Sequence record: NZ_CP137560.1
Reading direction: 5' to 3' (one strand)
Length of the DNA stretch: 64,000 nucleotides
DNA from: a plasmid
The position numbers and the translations under genes were made by a program. Of this stretch, positions 1 through 9,464 are shown piece after piece. Every line of letters starts with the position of its first letter. The stretch's first letter is position 1. A model generated the notes under the pieces. The model saw only the letters and a program-made list of their open reading frames with translations. It was not told the origin of the DNA and did not search any database.

Positions 1-807
1 ATGGAGAATCAGTTGAAAATGATACTCGCCATCGTTAATAATAAAGGTGGTGTTGGCAAGACAACTACTGTGCAGAATTTAGCTGCTGGTATGCTTCGTA
101 AAAATAAGAAATTAAGGATCCTTGAGATAGATTTAGACCCTCAATGTAATCTTACATTGCTGAATCATGCACCAGAAGGTTGCGCTACGATTTTTGAGTC
201 TATGGTTGAATGCAAGGGCATGCCGATTTATAAATCAGATATAGGTATTTATTATGTACCTGGTGCTGCTAAGATGCAAGATATTGATCCATTCCTTCAG
301 AATACTGGTGCTCCTAGACAGGTTCTGGGAGCATGTATTAATAGCGATTGCGTAGATATGACAGGTGAAGGTATTAAAAATCCAATCGATTTTTTTGATT
401 ATATATTTATTGATTGCCCTCCTGCCCTATCCCAATCAACCTACAATGCTATGGTAGTGGCTAGTCATTTATTGGTTCCTGTACAGATGGAAGGTCTTTC
501 TGTTAATGGTTTAGCAGCAATATTGGATGCCATGGAGGAAGTCAAAAATGGGCGTTTTGCCTTGAATCACGACTTGGAACTGCTTGGCTTACTGCCTGTT
601 ATGGTAGATGAGCGTCCAAGAATTGTCCGTCAGGCGATACAATACCTTAAGGATACATATGGTAGAAAAGTTATTGAACATGGCATCCGTAGATGTATCA
701 AAGTGAATGAAGCTCAAACCGAAATGACCGATCTCTTTCATTATGCACCATATTGTACTGCTGCAAATGATTATTCAGAAGTTATTAAGGAAATTTTTGG
801 TATTTAA
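1..807 (+). CDS. ParA/MinD-family partition ATPase; may begin upstream of the window or at an internal Met (MKMILA...)
   Basis: Deviant Walker A KGGVGKTT at aa 15-22; ParA-like length of 268 aa; followed 44 bp downstream by a small basic protein. Confidence 0.85.
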   Translation: MENQLKMILAIVNNKGGVGKTTTVQNLAAGMLRKNKKLRILEIDLDPQCNLTLLNHAPEGCATIFESMVECKGMPIYKSDIGIYYVPGAAKMQDIDPFLQNTGAPRQVLGACINSDCVDMTGEGIKNPIDFFDYIFIDCPPALSQSTYNAMVVASHLLVPVQMEGLSVNGLAAILDAMEEVKNGRFALNHDLELLGLLPVMVDERPRIVRQAIQYLKDTYGRKVIEHGIRRCIKVNEAQTEMTDLFHYAPYCTAANDYSEVIKEIFGI

Positions 808-851
808 TTTATTATAGTAGTTCATCCTTTAAATTTTTAAATTTTGAAATT

Positions 852-1124
852 ATGGCAAAAGATTTTCGTGCAGCTTTCAGTAATATGAATCAAGCGGTTC
901 GTCCAGGTGGTGCAGGTAACGTTCAGCCGGCAGCTTCTCAACCAGCTGCTCCTGTCGAGAAAAAGATGACCGCTATTGAAAGAAGATCCAAATTGCATGG
1001 TGTGCAAACTTATCTCACTGATGAGGAATACGAAATGCTGATGATTGCAAAGATTAGAACCAAAAAGAAATTTGAGGAAATCTTGCATGACAGTTTGATT
1101 GAATATATTAAGAATTATCAATAA
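852..1124 (+). CDS. Small basic protein, possible ribbon-helix-helix (ParG-like) partner of the upstream ParA
   Basis: 90 aa, lysine-rich C-terminal half, directly downstream of ParA on the same strand; similarity judged by eye only. Confidence 0.4.
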   Translation: MAKDFRAAFSNMNQAVRPGGAGNVQPAASQPAAPVEKKMTAIERRSKLHGVQTYLTDEEYEMLMIAKIRTKKKFEEILHDSLIEYIKNYQ

Positions 1125-1142
1125 ATTTCTTACTTGCAAAAC

Positions 1143-1178
1143 CGAGAAGCCTTTTTCTCGGTTTTTATTTTATCCTTT
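1143..1178 (+). terminator. Rho-independent terminator after the ParA/partner operon
   Basis: CCGAGAA-gccttt-TTCTCGG hairpin followed by TTTTATTTT. Confidence 0.55.
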
Positions 1179-1179
1179 T

Positions 1180-1810
1180 ATGTGCAAACATGCACATTTG
1201 TTATAAACTTTGAAAGCAAACAACATATGGGTTTATTCCTACGCTTTTTTACCTGTTGTTTCTTTTGTATTTGTGAATGTTTGGTTGATGTTATGCAAAC
1301 ATGTTAAAATGAAGGAATGATATATTGATTACATGCTGGTTTAAGTACTTAATATACAGATACTTATATATTTTTTGTTTTCTGTTATAATAATCGTAAT
1401 GCAAACAAAATAACAAATCAACAATACGAAAAGATGATAAGAAATCAATAATGAATGTTTGGATAATAACTTAAAATATAGCCTACATGATTAGTTGTGT
1501 GCAAACTTTTATATTCTTTTTCATTCATGTATTCACTTGTTGTTAAATTTCTATTTCATAATTATGTCTAAATATTTTAGTTTCTAAATCTTGATAATTT
1601 GTTTGCTTTATAACATCCATACATGTTTTCCTGTAGGCATAATGGTAAAATTGCATTTTGATAATTGAATGTATGATTGCAAAATTGCATCTTTGCAAAA
1701 TTACATGACGACTTTAAATTAAATAGTGATGTAATTATGTATGAATGCAAAAATGATTGCAAGATAATATGCTGTAATGATTGCATGATATTTTGATAGC
1801 ATTTTATAGA
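1180..1810. repeat. AT-rich ORF-free spacer with 12 or more copies of a TGCAAA(C)/TTTGCA motif in both orientations
   Basis: Motif seen by eye, e.g. gtgcaaacatgcacatttg, atgcaaacatg, aatgcaaacaaaat, gtgcaaactttt, gattgcaaaattgcatctttgcaaaattac, gaatgcaaaaatgattgcaag. Confidence 0.5.
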
Positions 1811-2092
1811 TTCAATTTTCTTCCTTTCATGCCACCATCCACGGTCACAAAGAGTTTTCTGCGGATTTGGCCTTGCGGCCATTGGCTAACACCGAGCGTT
1901 CCTGCTTCAGGTTCAGGGATGTTGCCACGACCGTCTGGTCGAGTTTCCGTTTAATCAGAAGCATCTGTTTTTGAAAGTTTTTCCCAAAAAGGTTTGTGGT
2001 TTCAGGAATAATGGCTAATTTTGCGAGCTGGAATGCGTCGCCCTCCATGGGCAATGCTATATATAATAAGGTATATATATAATAAGGTGAAA

Positions 2093-3196
2093 ATGAATGG
2101 GAAAATTATTATAGCTTGCGACTCTTATAAGGGTTGCCTTACGAGCAGGGAGGTGAATGAGGCGATTGCTTCGGGAATAAAGGAATGGGATTCTGAAGAG
2201 ACTGCTTCTGGAATAGAAAAGTTGGATTCGAATGAAGCTTCTCCCGAAATCATTTGTCTCGAAATGAGTGATGGGGGAGAGGGAATGCTCGATGCCTTTC
2301 TCACGGCGATGAAAGGAGAGCGAGTGAGAATTCATGCCCATGATGCCCTGATGAGATGGATTGAGGCAGAGTATGGTATCGTGAATGATACGGCGATAAT
2401 TGAGATTGCACAGACTGCCGGACTGGCTTTGATAGAGCCTGAACAGCGCAATCCTCTGAAGGCTACTTCCTGGGGCGTGGGCGAGATGATGATGAATGCT
2501 TTTCGCCGGGGTGTGCGCCACTTTATCGTAGGATTGGGCGGAAGTGCTACATCCGATTGCGGTATCGGAATGCTCAAGGCAATGGGAGACGACTGGAAGA
2601 AAATCCGCAAGGAATGTACTTTTATGTTGGCTTCTGATGTTACCAATCCGCTTTGTGGTGAAAACGGGGCGGCTCATGTCTTTGCGCCTCAGAAGGGGGC
2701 TGATGCAGAGATGGTGGAAATGCTGGATGCTCGGGCAAGGAAGTTTGCTGAGGTGAGCGCCAAGCATTTCGGTTATGATAGGAGTGAGATGCCTGGTGCT
2801 GGGGCTGCCGGTGGTTTGGGCTATGCTTTCCTGCAATATTTTGGGGCAGAGATTTCTGCTGGAGCCGAACTTCTGTTGCGAGAAATCGGCTTTGATGAGA
2901 TGATTCAGGATGCTGATCTCGTGATAACGGGTGAAGGTCATAGCGACAGACAGACCTTGATGGGAAAGTTGCCACAGCGGATTTTGGAACATGTCTTGAA
3001 AAATAAAGCCACGACAGACCAGCAAATCTGGTTGGTATCTGGAGGAGTCAGCGAAAAGCAGGCGCTTCTTGATGCAGGATTTGATCAGGTTCTTGCCGTA
3101 TCTCCTCAGAATATGGATTTAGAGGAAGCGATGAATCCTGAAATTGCCAAAAGAAATATTGCGAACGCAATCAGAGGTTCCTTTGGAAATGCTTAG
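2093..3196 (+). CDS. Glycerate kinase (GlxK/GarK family)
   Basis: GGSATSDCGIGML and GAAGGLGYA motifs typical of the glycerate kinase family; ORF-track start 2021, probable true start at MNGKIIIACD (2093). Confidence 0.85.
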   Translation: MNGKIIIACDSYKGCLTSREVNEAIASGIKEWDSEETASGIEKLDSNEASPEIICLEMSDGGEGMLDAFLTAMKGERVRIHAHDALMRWIEAEYGIVNDTAIIEIAQTAGLALIEPEQRNPLKATSWGVGEMMMNAFRRGVRHFIVGLGGSATSDCGIGMLKAMGDDWKKIRKECTFMLASDVTNPLCGENGAAHVFAPQKGADAEMVEMLDARARKFAEVSAKHFGYDRSEMPGAGAAGGLGYAFLQYFGAEISAGAELLLREIGFDEMIQDADLVITGEGHSDRQTLMGKLPQRILEHVLKNKATTDQQIWLVSGGVSEKQALLDAGFDQVLAVSPQNMDLEEAMNPEIAKRNIANAIRGSFGNA

Positions 3197-3689
3197 ACCT
3201 CTTTTAAAGAATAATCCATGTTTTTGGGCCAATGATCAGGACTTTCTTTGCCATTCTTCGGTTTTTTCTTTTGAGGATCATAAATTTTTCTTTGGACATT
3301 TTCTCATTTTACAAATTCGTAAACGAGGATTTTCATATCAGAAGTATATGTAGCGTACTATTAAACAGTGAAATATATTAAAAATGTGTTATCTTGGCAG
3401 AAATTCTGCTGGGATAACACATTTTTTTGCTTAAATAATTTGGAGATAACTTATTTTTTTGTATTTTTGCAAACAGGGTAGTTGAAAAACTATGCCTATA
3501 AACATCATATAGGATCAACAAAAAGTGATAAAAACCTAATGACGATCTTCAATATACTTAAGATTTAAGGGCTTTTTAGTAGATTATGTACGTGTAATAT
3601 ATACTCTCTGTTTGTATGGCAATCAGATTGCGATGCGAATCCAAAAAATAGGTGATGAAAAATTATTGATTTAATGAAAGCTGTTCATT

Positions 3690-4808
3690 ATGGAGTTACT
3701 GGAAAAATATTTCGCAGAACTGATTCAGTGTGTCGGCGCCAGTTATCTGGTGATAGGCATTATCCTGGTGTTCCTGAGTGTACCGGATACTGCAGACTAT
3801 GCCCCTTATCGTAAGGCAAAATATTTCTTGGCATCAGCGTTTTTTGTTATGTTCATCAACCTGTTTCTCTGGTTGGAAATCTTTTCCTCGCAAGATTGGA
3901 AGGCGCTCAATTCCATCATTGCCTGTATGGACATCAGCCTGTTTTTCCTGACATGTATATGCTTTGCTTATTCGTTTGCCTCCCTGTTGGATTCACAATA
4001 TATCAATAAAAAGAGGATGCTGAAGGATTTCGGGTATTGGATATTGACGGTTTCCTTTTCCTGGATTACCCTTTTGGAGCCTTTTGCACCTTATGCCTAT
4101 TATCTGTATATCGTTTCCACCCTGATTTTCTGTAGCATCGTGGTAAGATACATGTTCCATTTTCAGTTTATCTATAGGAAGAAAAGGGAACAGTTGGATA
4201 ATTACTTCTCCGATGATAATATGCAGCGCTTCATGTTCTGGACGAAGAAAAGCCTCTTCTTTCTGTGCCTCTTGGGTGTCTTTGCCTATCTCACTCTCTT
4301 CTTCGGAATCTATTTCAACTTTGCTTATCAGGCGTATATTGTCTGTGTCAATCTCTATATCGTCATCTCTTTCATCAATTACCGCCCGTATTATGGCACG
4401 CTCAATTTAGCTTCGACGGTGAATGAGGAGATAGAATACTATTCCAACCAGGAACCGGAAACGTCCAAGTTGGAGAATTATGAGAACCTCTTCGGAGCAC
4501 GCTTGCAGCAATGGGTGGATGACAAGAAGTATCTTTCATCGCAGTTGACCATCGACAGTTTGGCTTCCGAAATGGGCACCAATAAGGTTTATCTTTCCCG
4601 TTATATCAACGGAAAACATGCCGTCAACTTCAGTACCTGGGTTACCACCTTGCGCATCAAGGAGGCACAGGTCTATATGTTGGCTCATCCCGGTGCCACA
4701 TTGGAAGAAGTAGCTTATCATGTCGGATTCTCTTCTGCCTCCTATTTCTCCCGAGTCTTCTCCCGCATCGTCAAGACGAGTCCTACAATATGGCGAAGTA
4801 ATATCTGA
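3690..4808 (+). CDS. AraC-family transcriptional regulator with N-terminal multi-pass membrane domain
   Basis: About 6 hydrophobic segments in the N-terminal 230 aa; C-terminal AraC-type HTH (…VAYHVGFSSASYFSRVFSRIVKTSP…). Confidence 0.75.
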   Translation: MELLEKYFAELIQCVGASYLVIGIILVFLSVPDTADYAPYRKAKYFLASAFFVMFINLFLWLEIFSSQDWKALNSIIACMDISLFFLTCICFAYSFASLLDSQYINKKRMLKDFGYWILTVSFSWITLLEPFAPYAYYLYIVSTLIFCSIVVRYMFHFQFIYRKKREQLDNYFSDDNMQRFMFWTKKSLFFLCLLGVFAYLTLFFGIYFNFAYQAYIVCVNLYIVISFINYRPYYGTLNLASTVNEEIEYYSNQEPETSKLENYENLFGARLQQWVDDKKYLSSQLTIDSLASEMGTNKVYLSRYINGKHAVNFSTWVTTLRIKEAQVYMLAHPGATLEEVAYHVGFSSASYFSRVFSRIVKTSPTIWRSNI

Positions 4809-4815
4809 AAATTGA

Positions 4816-6024
4816 TGGGAGGGTGTGTCATAAGCCTGTGACGCACCCTTTTTGTGTGTTTTTCTGTATATTTTAGTTGAATCGTAGTCTTTCTTTACAA
4901 GGGGAATCTTATTATATTGTATAGAAGCTTTACTTTTCTTGTTTTATCGATAACAAAACTGCGCAAAAGCTCACAAAAGGACATAATTGTCCCATGTGGT
5001 AAAACTGCCCAAATTGAGTTTTATCGTTTTATCCCTAAATGTTTCTTCAAATTGAATCCTATACCGAACAACCCTATGTCCATGTAAACCTTGTCCTTTC
5101 CGAAATGCCTGAATCGCTTGTAATGCATGTCTTCCTTCATCTGTCCAAACGCAGCTTCTGGCTCTATCGGTCTCTGACTCCTGTGCTTCATACCTTCCTC
5201 CTGGCGTCAACAGCAAAAATGCTTCCTTTTTATATGCATTCAACTTATGGTTTACATATATGGTTCTGTTACCCTTGGCTTTCTTGCAAAGACTCCCAAG
5301 TGGACAGCCTTCACATCGCTGCGCTCTATATAATGTAATGACAGACACATAGCCAGAGTCACTTTTCGTTTGCCGTTGTCCGCAAGGATTCATGTGTTGT
5401 CCCATGGGACAGACGTAATAGTCTTCGTCTTTATTATAGTAGAAATTTGCTTGGTTAAAGACATCTTCCTTGAAAGGTTTATGCTGTTCTTTGTGAAACC
5501 AGTTGTACTTTACATATCCCACCATCTCTTCCATCTCCATGTACTCATAGTTCTTCTCTGATCCGTATCCTGAGTCTGCGGTGACGCACTTGGATTGCTT
5601 TCCATGTCTTTTCCTGTACTTATCCAAGAAAGGCTTGAATGTCAGGCTGTCCGTTGGATTGTGATAAAGGGCGAAGTTCGTCCAGTATTGATTCTCCGTC
5701 GCAATTTGAAGGTTATAAGCAGGTTTGGTCTGCCCATTGTTCATGGCATCTTCCTTGAGTCGCATGAAGATACGCACTTTGCTGTCTTTTGGTACATAAT
5801 CATCAAAAGAGTTAGGAAAAAAACTTAATTCGTGCCGAGTTTCAGATTTTATTTGTATCTTTGCCATACTTTAAGAAGTTTTCTGCAAAGATATACTTTT
5901 TTGCGGAAAAACAAAGCCCGAGCTTGTGAAAGTTTTGGCTTTGTTGTAAATAAAAATGTTTTTTAAAGATTTCGTATCTGTGAAAAGGAAAGAAATAAAA
6001 AAGGGTGCGTCACAGACTTATGAC
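4816..6024. mobile_element. IS5/IS1182-like element or remnant bounded by 36-bp palindromic inverted repeats; right repeat split by the IS66 insertion, remainder at 8588-8599
   Basis: Left GAGGGTGTGTCATAAGCCTGTGACGCACCCTTTTT (4816-4851) versus the reverse complement of 5995-6024 plus 8588-8599 gives 35/36 identity; a transposase gene lies between them. Confidence 0.45.
4971..5867 (-). CDS. DDE transposase, IS5/IS1182 superfamily, probably N-terminally truncated
   Basis: ADSGYGSE (second catalytic Asp region), C-terminal R-x3-E-x5/6-K signature (RIQFEETFRDK) and Cys-rich CPMGQH…CEGCPLGSLC segment; 298 aa is short for IS1182-type enzymes. Confidence 0.65.
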   Translation of the reverse strand: MAKIQIKSETRHELSFFPNSFDDYVPKDSKVRIFMRLKEDAMNNGQTKPAYNLQIATENQYWTNFALYHNPTDSLTFKPFLDKYRKRHGKQSKCVTADSGYGSEKNYEYMEMEEMVGYVKYNWFHKEQHKPFKEDVFNQANFYYNKDEDYYVCPMGQHMNPCGQRQTKSDSGYVSVITLYRAQRCEGCPLGSLCKKAKGNRTIYVNHKLNAYKKEAFLLLTPGGRYEAQESETDRARSCVWTDEGRHALQAIQAFRKGQGLHGHRVVRYRIQFEETFRDKTIKLNLGSFTTWDNYVLL

Positions 6025-6091
6025 GTAAGCGGCTCCGCGTTTATACCTTGCATAATTGAAAAAAGCAGTAATAGCTGATTGAATAATGCTG

Positions 6092-7651
6092 TTACTGCTT
6101 TTTCCATCTGTCAGGAAGCAAGTCTCTGTATTTTTCCAATGGAGTATTTGGTTGCCATTCTACGGTCTTTTCTATGACGTCGCTAATGTATTCGAACAGA
6201 TTAATGCCATTCATTTTGCATGAGATGGCGATAGAATATAGGATAGCTCCTCGTCTTGCCCCTTCGTGCGAACCAAAGAATAATGAGTTTCTTCTCGACA
6301 GCGATATGTACCTCTGGATTCTCTCAATATAATTGTTGTCGAGAGCAGTATCACCTCTTTTAAAAATGTCACAAATGGCATTATACTCGTTAAGGGCATA
6401 GCCGACGGCTTGCGCCAAGGGCGATTTGGGCAGCAAATCCTTCCTGGAAGATAATTCCTCCAGTTTCTCTAATAAATCCTGCAAAATGTCCGGTGCGTAT
6501 GATTGCCGATAAGCCAGATGTTTCTCTATTGTCCATCCATTTACGCCAACCTTATGCTTTTTGTCTTCTTGATAAAATCTGTTGATGATGCCTGCTACTT
6601 CCTGTGCATCCTTGTCGTTCTTGCCACAGTCGATGAAGTTTCTCTTGACATGCTGCAGACAGGCAATTCTCATAATGTCCGGATAAGCATCCGACTCCAG
6701 CTTCCGGTAAGGAGCATATGCATCACTCTGTACTGTACCTTTATAATCCGAGAACACATCAAGTATGATCTGCTCAGAACGTGATCCAGCCTCATATACG
6801 AAGAACACAAGTCCCAGTTTAGGTGCGCTTACCGCCCACAGGTAACCTTTCTTCGAGCCATTGTCTGTAGGCTTTACCCTCGTCAGCAGTACTTTATGAT
6901 AAGTTTCATCTGCCGTAACATAATCCTGCTGTAACACCTTTTGGCAGATGGCTCTATAGATATTTTCCAGTACGTCTGCGCTTCTGGCAATCAGCTTGTT
7001 TGCCGTGGCTTTCCTTAGTGTGAACCCACTGTCGGCAAAGTATTTGACGATTCGCTCCACCGGCATGGAATAGATATACCGCAACTGCAGTAGACCTGCT
7101 GCAAAAGAAGATGTATAGGATGAGTTTAGCAGCAATGCTGGTGGGGTCTTTCCTGGATACAGGACATTTCCATCCGTATAAGTGTTGATGTGATATACGG
7201 TCTTGATGAACTTGATGGGCTCCATGCTGTAACGCACACAGGTGCGGGTGCCATAGATGCGCAGCGTCTTCAAAAGTTCCGCATCCATGTCTGGATTAAC
7301 CGTAACATGTTTCTCCTCCATCTCATAATGCATGTCACGCTTGGCCCCATTGTTTTTGCGCTCCTTTCTCTTTTCCGCCTGCTCTTTTTTCTTCCTGTCA
7401 AATTCTTCCTGAGTCATTGAGTCTTGCAGACACTTCTCCTGACGTTCGGACTTTTTGCCGGAAACGAGCTTGCCGAGCGCCCTGTTCTGACGATTCGCTT
7501 TGTCTATGGCGATTCCTTTCTGGACGAGTTGCTCTTCTAATGACTTTATACGTTCAATGAGTTCACCGACCTGTATGGTCAGCGAACTCACAGTATCGTT
7601 AGCAAGCTGAAGTTGCTCCTTCAAAAGTACTATGATTTCGTCCTTTGTCAT
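6092..7651 (-). CDS. tnpC: IS66-family transposase (TnpC / Orf3)
   Basis: 519 aa, N-terminal coiled coil, position within the IS66 element. Confidence 0.9.
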   Translation of the reverse strand: MTKDEIIVLLKEQLQLANDTVSSLTIQVGELIERIKSLEEQLVQKGIAIDKANRQNRALGKLVSGKKSERQEKCLQDSMTQEEFDRKKKEQAEKRKERKNNGAKRDMHYEMEEKHVTVNPDMDAELLKTLRIYGTRTCVRYSMEPIKFIKTVYHINTYTDGNVLYPGKTPPALLLNSSYTSSFAAGLLQLRYIYSMPVERIVKYFADSGFTLRKATANKLIARSADVLENIYRAICQKVLQQDYVTADETYHKVLLTRVKPTDNGSKKGYLWAVSAPKLGLVFFVYEAGSRSEQIILDVFSDYKGTVQSDAYAPYRKLESDAYPDIMRIACLQHVKRNFIDCGKNDKDAQEVAGIINRFYQEDKKHKVGVNGWTIEKHLAYRQSYAPDILQDLLEKLEELSSRKDLLPKSPLAQAVGYALNEYNAICDIFKRGDTALDNNYIERIQRYISLSRRNSLFFGSHEGARRGAILYSIAISCKMNGINLFEYISDVIEKTVEWQPNTPLEKYRDLLPDRWKKQ

Positions 7652-7752
7652 AGTGCAAAGGTACGAAAAAATATTGAGACATGCAAGTATTATTGGATAT
7701 TAATTTTATCTATTTTATTGATATACAGCACGTTATTGGCATTATAATACAG

Positions 7753-8100
7753 CTATAAGTTAAGCCTCTTTCTAAATCTCATACTTTTAAGGCAAATTCC
7801 GCTCATGATGGCAGACAGAGTCTTGTGCGGCATTTTGCATTGCTTGTTCTTAGGGTCAAAGAATGGCAATTCAAAGGTTCCTCGTTCCAGTCGCTTGTGA
7901 TATAGCAAGAAACCATCGCCGTCCCATTTTAGCAGTTTAACCTGCTGGCGATTCTTGGAGAAGAAGATGAAGACAGCACCGCCAAGTGGTGGCAGCTCCA
8001 TCTCCGTCCTTACTATCTGATACAAGCCATTAATACCCGTGTTCATTCGAACGTATCGCTGGCAGACATAGTATTGGGTGTTCTCATTTAATCCAAACAT
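7753..8100 (-). CDS. tnpB: IS66 Orf2 (TnpB) accessory protein
   Basis: 115 aa; …GAVFIFFSKNRQQVKLLKWDGDGFLLYHKRLERGTFELP matches the conserved IS66 Orf2 core. Confidence 0.85.
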   Translation of the reverse strand: MFGLNENTQYYVCQRYVRMNTGINGLYQIVRTEMELPPLGGAVFIFFSKNRQQVKLLKWDGDGFLLYHKRLERGTFELPFFDPKNKQCKMPHKTLSAIMSGICLKSMRFRKRLNL

Positions 8101-8498
8101 ACCGCATCCTCCTTCTCATAAAGTTTCATTAACGCCATAACAGACTTGGCGCATCCTTTTTTGATCGACACAACGGTTCCATTGGGAAAGGTTATGTTTA
8201 TGCCTTGAAGAAGATCCTCCATAGGAAGATCTATAGTTGGAGACTCCATAGGCACGAACATCACGCCGGTATTTGCAGTAGAGGCTTCTGCTCTTTCCTT
8301 ACGGGCTGCCTCCTGAACTTCGCGGATTTCATGCTTGGCACGCAGGACAGAATATCCCTTCTCGGACATCCAATTTTGCATGGTACGGTGATTTACATGC
8401 CTTTCCTTCAAGAAAGGAGTCAGGTGAGCCTTTGGATTTCGATTCAAATAGATTAAGAAGGAATTCCAAGCCTTCTCAAAACGTTCGTTTGTTGTCAT
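8088..8498 (-). CDS. tnpA: IS66 Orf1 (TnpA) accessory protein
   Basis: 136 aa, overlaps tnpB by 13 nt as usual for IS66. Confidence 0.8.
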   Translation of the reverse strand: MTTNERFEKAWNSFLIYLNRNPKAHLTPFLKERHVNHRTMQNWMSEKGYSVLRAKHEIREVQEAARKERAEASTANTGVMFVPMESPTIDLPMEDLLQGINITFPNGTVVSIKKGCAKSVMALMKLYEKEDAVCLD

Positions 8499-8664
8499 AA
8501 TTCATGCAATTAAAAAATTATGGTGCAAAGGTACGAACAAACGAGAAAGCTACAATGGTATAAACGCGGAGCCGCTTACCTTATGACACACCCTCCTCGT
8601 TTTAATTATTTTCCCGATGCTTATGAAATATCATCCAGAAAACGGGTTAGCACGTTATGAGTGA

Positions 8665-9105
8665 TTATTTCACCTCAATGTGCTTAACATCGTCTTTCTT
8701 TTCTTCCTTGGCTACCTTAGGTATCTCAATCTTTAAGACACCATCGCTGACCTCAGCAGAAATCTTCTCTTGATTGGCATCCTCTGGCAGAGCATAACTC
8801 TGAGAATAGTTGCTGTAAGAGAATTCACGACGCAAGTAATGCTCTTCCTTCTTTTCCTCCTTCTTCTCGTCCTTGTTCTCGATAGATACATTCAGATAAC
8901 CATCCTTGTCAATGTTCATCTTGACCATATCTTTCTTCAAACCAGGAGCTGCAATCTCCATCGTATAAGCGTTTTCATCTTCCTTGACATTAACTGCAGG
9001 AGCGGTGGCGTTCATATGTGGCATCAAGCTTGTATCAAAGAAATTGTCATTAAACCAATTGTTCAACCAATTTGAAACACTGTTATTTCTACGAGCTAAC
9101 AACAT
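8665..9105 (-). CDS. Hsp20/alpha-crystallin small heat-shock protein
   Basis: 146 aa; alpha-crystallin domain signature (…NAYTMEIAAPGLKKDMVKMNIDKDGYLNVSIE…GVLKIEIPK). Confidence 0.85.
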   Translation of the reverse strand: MLLARRNNSVSNWLNNWFNDNFFDTSLMPHMNATAPAVNVKEDENAYTMEIAAPGLKKDMVKMNIDKDGYLNVSIENKDEKKEEKKEEHYLRREFSYSNYSQSYALPEDANQEKISAEVSDGVLKIEIPKVAKEEKKDDVKHIEVK

Positions 9106-9464
9106 AATGAAAAACCTCCAAATTTTATTTTTCTCGTCCTCTCTTCGCCTCTCGGCTCTGTCGGGATTTCTAATTGTTTATTATATTTATCCTTTTAAAA
9201 TAATGATTGCTTCGGCTTTCGAGGCTCAAGGATTTCAAGAAACCCTCAAATGTCATTGCTTAGGGTTCTTATCGTTCCCCTTGCCCTTTCGGCTTCCGCT
9301 TTCACTCTATATATGAGCAAGTTATGTGCCAATTCAATCTGTCTGTTTGGAGTGAACAGATATTGACAAAAATGGCAAATGACGCTGCAAAACTGACATC
9401 AAAATATAATTAATTTAAACTTAGCAGTCAGAAATGACATGAAAGTATAATTCATTTTCACGCT

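Larger units (their letters stand above)
6025..8579 (-). mobile_element. Complete IS66-family insertion sequence (2555 bp) with 8-bp target-site duplication CTTATGAC (6017-6024 and 8580-8587)
   Basis: Terminal inverted repeats GTAAGCGGCTCCGCGTTTATACC at both ends; three-gene tnpA-tnpB-tnpC arrangement on the minus strand; 8-bp target duplication typical of IS66. Confidence 0.9.

Noticed and set aside
2057-3025. Long minus-strand ORFs (322, 104 and 111 aa) antisense to the glycerate kinase gene
   Set aside because: They overlap a well-supported plus-strand gene with conserved motifs, and have low-complexity S/P/H-rich translations. They are typical antisense shadow ORFs.
4816-6024. Calling the 36-bp palindromes definitively as IS terminal inverted repeats
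   Set aside because: Each copy is itself a terminator-like hairpin with a T-tract and sits exactly at the 3' end of a convergent gene (AraC-like, hsp20). A related hairpin also occurs at 14160. IS ends versus a REP/terminator family cannot be resolved from this window alone, so the mobile-element call is kept at low confidence.
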